Origin: Macrostomum hystrix
Lineage: Eukaryota; Animalia; Platyhelminthes
Length of the DNA stretch: 64,000 nucleotides
Assembly (NCBI GenBank): GCA_950097015.1
Contig: CATNEN010000008.1
Span: 1,426,001 to 1,490,000, forward strand
Direction: 5' to 3'
Below are positions 61,150 through 64,000 of this stretch, piece by piece (position 1 is the stretch's first letter; every line of letters begins with the position of its first letter). The notes under the pieces were generated by a model. It was given only the letters and a program-made list of their open reading frames with translations, was not told the DNA's origin and did no database searches. A program made the position numbers and the translations under genes.

Positions 61150-61915
61150 CAGGAGGAAACCCCATACTGAATCTACCCGAGAAAATCCGGAACGGGAATC
61201 TACCAGAGAAAATCCCGTGGGTCATCTACCAGAGGAATCTCAAACGGAATCTACTAGTGGAAATCCCAGACCCAAACGGAATCTACCCAAGGAAATCCCA
61301 AACGGCATCTACACGAGGAAATCCCAAACGGTATCTACCCGAGGAAATCCCAAACGGTATCTACCCGAGGAAATCCCAAACGGAATCTACCCGAGGAAAT
61401 CCCAAACGGCATCTACCCGAGGAAATCCCAAACGGTATCTACCCGAGGAAATCCCAAACGGAATCTACCCGAGGAAATCCCAAACGGCATCTACCCGAGG
61501 AAATCCCAAACGGCATCTACCCGAGGAAATCCCAAACGGCATCTACCCGAGGAAATCCCAAACGGCATCTACCCGAGGAAATCCCAAACGGCATCTACCA
61601 GGGGAAATCCAAAACAAAATCTACTCGAGGAAATCCCAAACGGAATCTCCCCGAAGAAATCCCAACGGAATCTACCCAAGGAAAATCCAAACGGAATCTA
61701 CCCAATAATGTCTCATTGGAATCTACCCGAGGAAATCCCAAACGGCATCTACCATAGGAAATTCAAAGGGAATCTACCCGAGGAAATCCCAAACGGCATC
61801 TACCATAGGAAATCCAAAGGGAATCTACCCGAAGAAAGCCAAACGGAATCCCGAGGAAATCCTAACGGAATCCCAAAGGAACTCCCAAACGGAATCCCGA
61901 GGAAATCCTAACGGA
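61150..61915. repeat. Minisatellite, 26-nt unit CCCGAGGAAATCCCAAACGGCATCTA, with degenerate flanks
   Basis: 26-aa (three-unit) periodicity in ORFs 61092..61757 and 61217..61708. Confidence 0.92.
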
Positions 61916-62459
61916 ATTTTTCCAGGGATTTCCTTGGAATCCCAATCCCAATGAAATTTAATCAAGCGAATCGAAATGCAGCCTACCCGCGAAAGTATCG
62001 ACGGAATATACTCATTAATTTCCCCAGATTTAGCCATTTTTGCAGTAATGTAAGTTCAACTGCTTTTATCCGTTAATAAATTCGCTAAATTGACAACAAT
62101 AGAAATAAAAATTGTGCTTGTTGCCATGCTTTGTGTACTTGGCCTGCTAACCAGTTTTTTTACCTGCTAAGCTCTGCTAATGCTGCTATAGAGCAAGTGC
62201 GAATTTAGATATGCGATTTTCTACTTTTTTATCAATTAAGAAAATATCTAACTGGCATTTGTACGATACTTTTTGTTTGTCTGTCAGAAACCCTTCATAT
62301 AATTCGCTATCGGAAAATAATATCAGCACGTCGCTGCTGCCAAACATTTGTTGGCCAGTTTTTTGTCTTTTTTTACTGTTGGACAAGCTGTTCGCTTTTC
62401 GACTAAATTTACTTTCTGTTGTAATCATATTCCTTTCTCTATCCACTGGGTCAAGCAGT

Positions 62460-64000
62460 GTGGGTCATGTAGGTGAATGAAGTGGGTCATGTATGTGAAT
62501 GAAGTGGGTCATGTATGTGAATGAAGTAGGTCATGTATGTGAATGAAGTGCGTCATGTATGTGAATGAAGTAGGTCATGTTACTCATGTATGAGAATGAA
62601 GTGGGTCATGTATATGAATGAAGTGCGTCTTGTATGTGAATGAAGTGGGTCATGTATGAGAATGAAGTAGGTCATGTATGTGAATGAAGTGGGTCATGTA
62701 TGTGAATGAAGTGGGTCATGTATGTGAATGAAGTAGGTCATGTATGTGAATGAAGTGGGTCATGTATGAGAATGAAGTGGGTCATGTAGGTGAATGAAGT
62801 GGGTCATGTATGTGAATGAAGTGCGTCTTGTATGTGAATGAAGTGGGTCATGTATGAGAATGAAGTGGGTCATGTATGTGAATGAAGTGCGTCTTGTATG
62901 TGAATGAAGTGGGTCATGTATGAGAATGAAGTGGGTCATGTATGTGAATGAAGTGGGTCATGTATGAGAATGAAGTGGGTCATGTATGAGAATGAAGTAG
63001 GTCATGTATGTGAATGAAGTGCGTCATGTATGTGAATGAAGTAGGTCATGTTACTCATGTATGAGAATGAAGTGGGTCATGTATATGAATGAAGTGCGTC
63101 TTGTATGTGAATGAAGTGGGTCATGTATGAGAATGAAGTAGGTCATGTATGTGAATGAAGTGGGTCATGTATGTGAATGAAGTGGGTCATGTATGTGAAT
63201 GAAGTAGGTCATGTATGTGAATGAAGTGGGTCATGTATGAGAATGAAGTGGGTCATGTAGGTGAATGAAGTGGGTCATGTATGTGAATGAAGTGGGTCAT
63301 GTATGTGAATGAAGTAGGTCATGTATGTGAATGAAGTGCGTCATGTATGTGAATGAAGTAGGTCATGTTACTCATGTATGAGAATGAAGTGGGTCATGTA
63401 TATGAATGAAGTGCGTCTTGTATGTGAATGAAGTGGGTCATGTATGAGAATGAAGTGGGTCATGTATGTGAATGAAGTGGGTCATGTATGAGAATGAAGT
63501 GGGTCATGTATGAGAATGAAGTGGGTCATGTATGAGAATGAAGTGGGTCATGTATGAGAATGAAGTGGGTCATGTATGTGAATGAAGTAGGTCATGTATG
63601 TGAATGAAGTGCGTCATGTATGTGAATGAAGTAGGTCATGTTACTCATGTATGAGAATGAAGTGGGTCATGTATGTGAATGAAGTGGGTCATGTATGTGA
63701 ATGAAGTGGGTCATGTATGAGAATGAAGTGGGTCATGTATGTGAAAGAAGTGGGTCATGTATGTGAATGAAGTGGGTCATGTATGTGGCTTAGTAGGTCA
63801 TGTATGTGAAAGAAGTGGGTCATGTATGTGAATGAAGTGGGTCATGTATGTGAATGAAGTGGGTCATGTATGTGAATGAAGTGGGTCATGTATGTGAATG
63901 AAGTGGGTCATGTATGTGAATGAAGTGGGTCATGTATGTGAATGAAGTGGGTCATGTATGTGAATGAAGTGGGTCATGTATGTGAATGAAATGGGTCATG
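62460..64000. repeat. Minisatellite, 22-nt unit GAATGAAGTGGGTCATGTATGT, runs off the right edge
   Basis: Unit read directly from the sequence. Confidence 0.96.

Noticed and set aside
61092-61911. 221-, 163- and 67-aa ORFs as a further exon or gene
   Set aside because: They follow the 26-nt repeat, and the upstream gene already ends at TAA 60757.

Overview
Eukaryotic (animal) genomic DNA with spliced genes and no prokaryotic features. About 29 kb (~45%) is made of 19 unrelated tandem arrays with 13-39 nt units. The largest is an 11-kb array of a 17-nt unit at 23692-34746. This repeat landscape, the short GT-AG introns and the polyQ-rich GC-rich exons resemble the flatworm Macrostomum lignano (inference, not verified). 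Three protein-coding loci could be rebuilt by hand with phase-consistent splice sites. (1) PLK4/SAK on the minus strand: 8 exons, 815 aa, with kinase domain, DSGxxS degron, cryptic polo box and PB3. (2) An almost intronless TRP-channel locus: ~18 ankyrin repeats joined to a TRPM-like S1-S6/TRP-box/coiled-coil module (~1,570 aa if restored), broken by two single-base frameshifts that each sit right at a stop codon. (3) An unrecognised 5-exon gene (~1,212 aa) with a coding 8-aa minisatellite and several atypical Cys/His zinc-finger-like motifs. Also present: a decayed RTE-type LINE fragment, a tRNA-derived SINE with a CORE-like body, and an inverted-repeat element carrying six perfect TTATCCACA (DnaA-box-identical) 9-mers. 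Best leads: the frameshifted ankyrin-TRPM-like channel, ~650 perfect AP-1 sites starting ~540 bp upstream of the PLK4 start codon, and an intron filled with decoy 5' splice sites. Most long ORFs in the six-frame track are artefacts of stop-free repeats.
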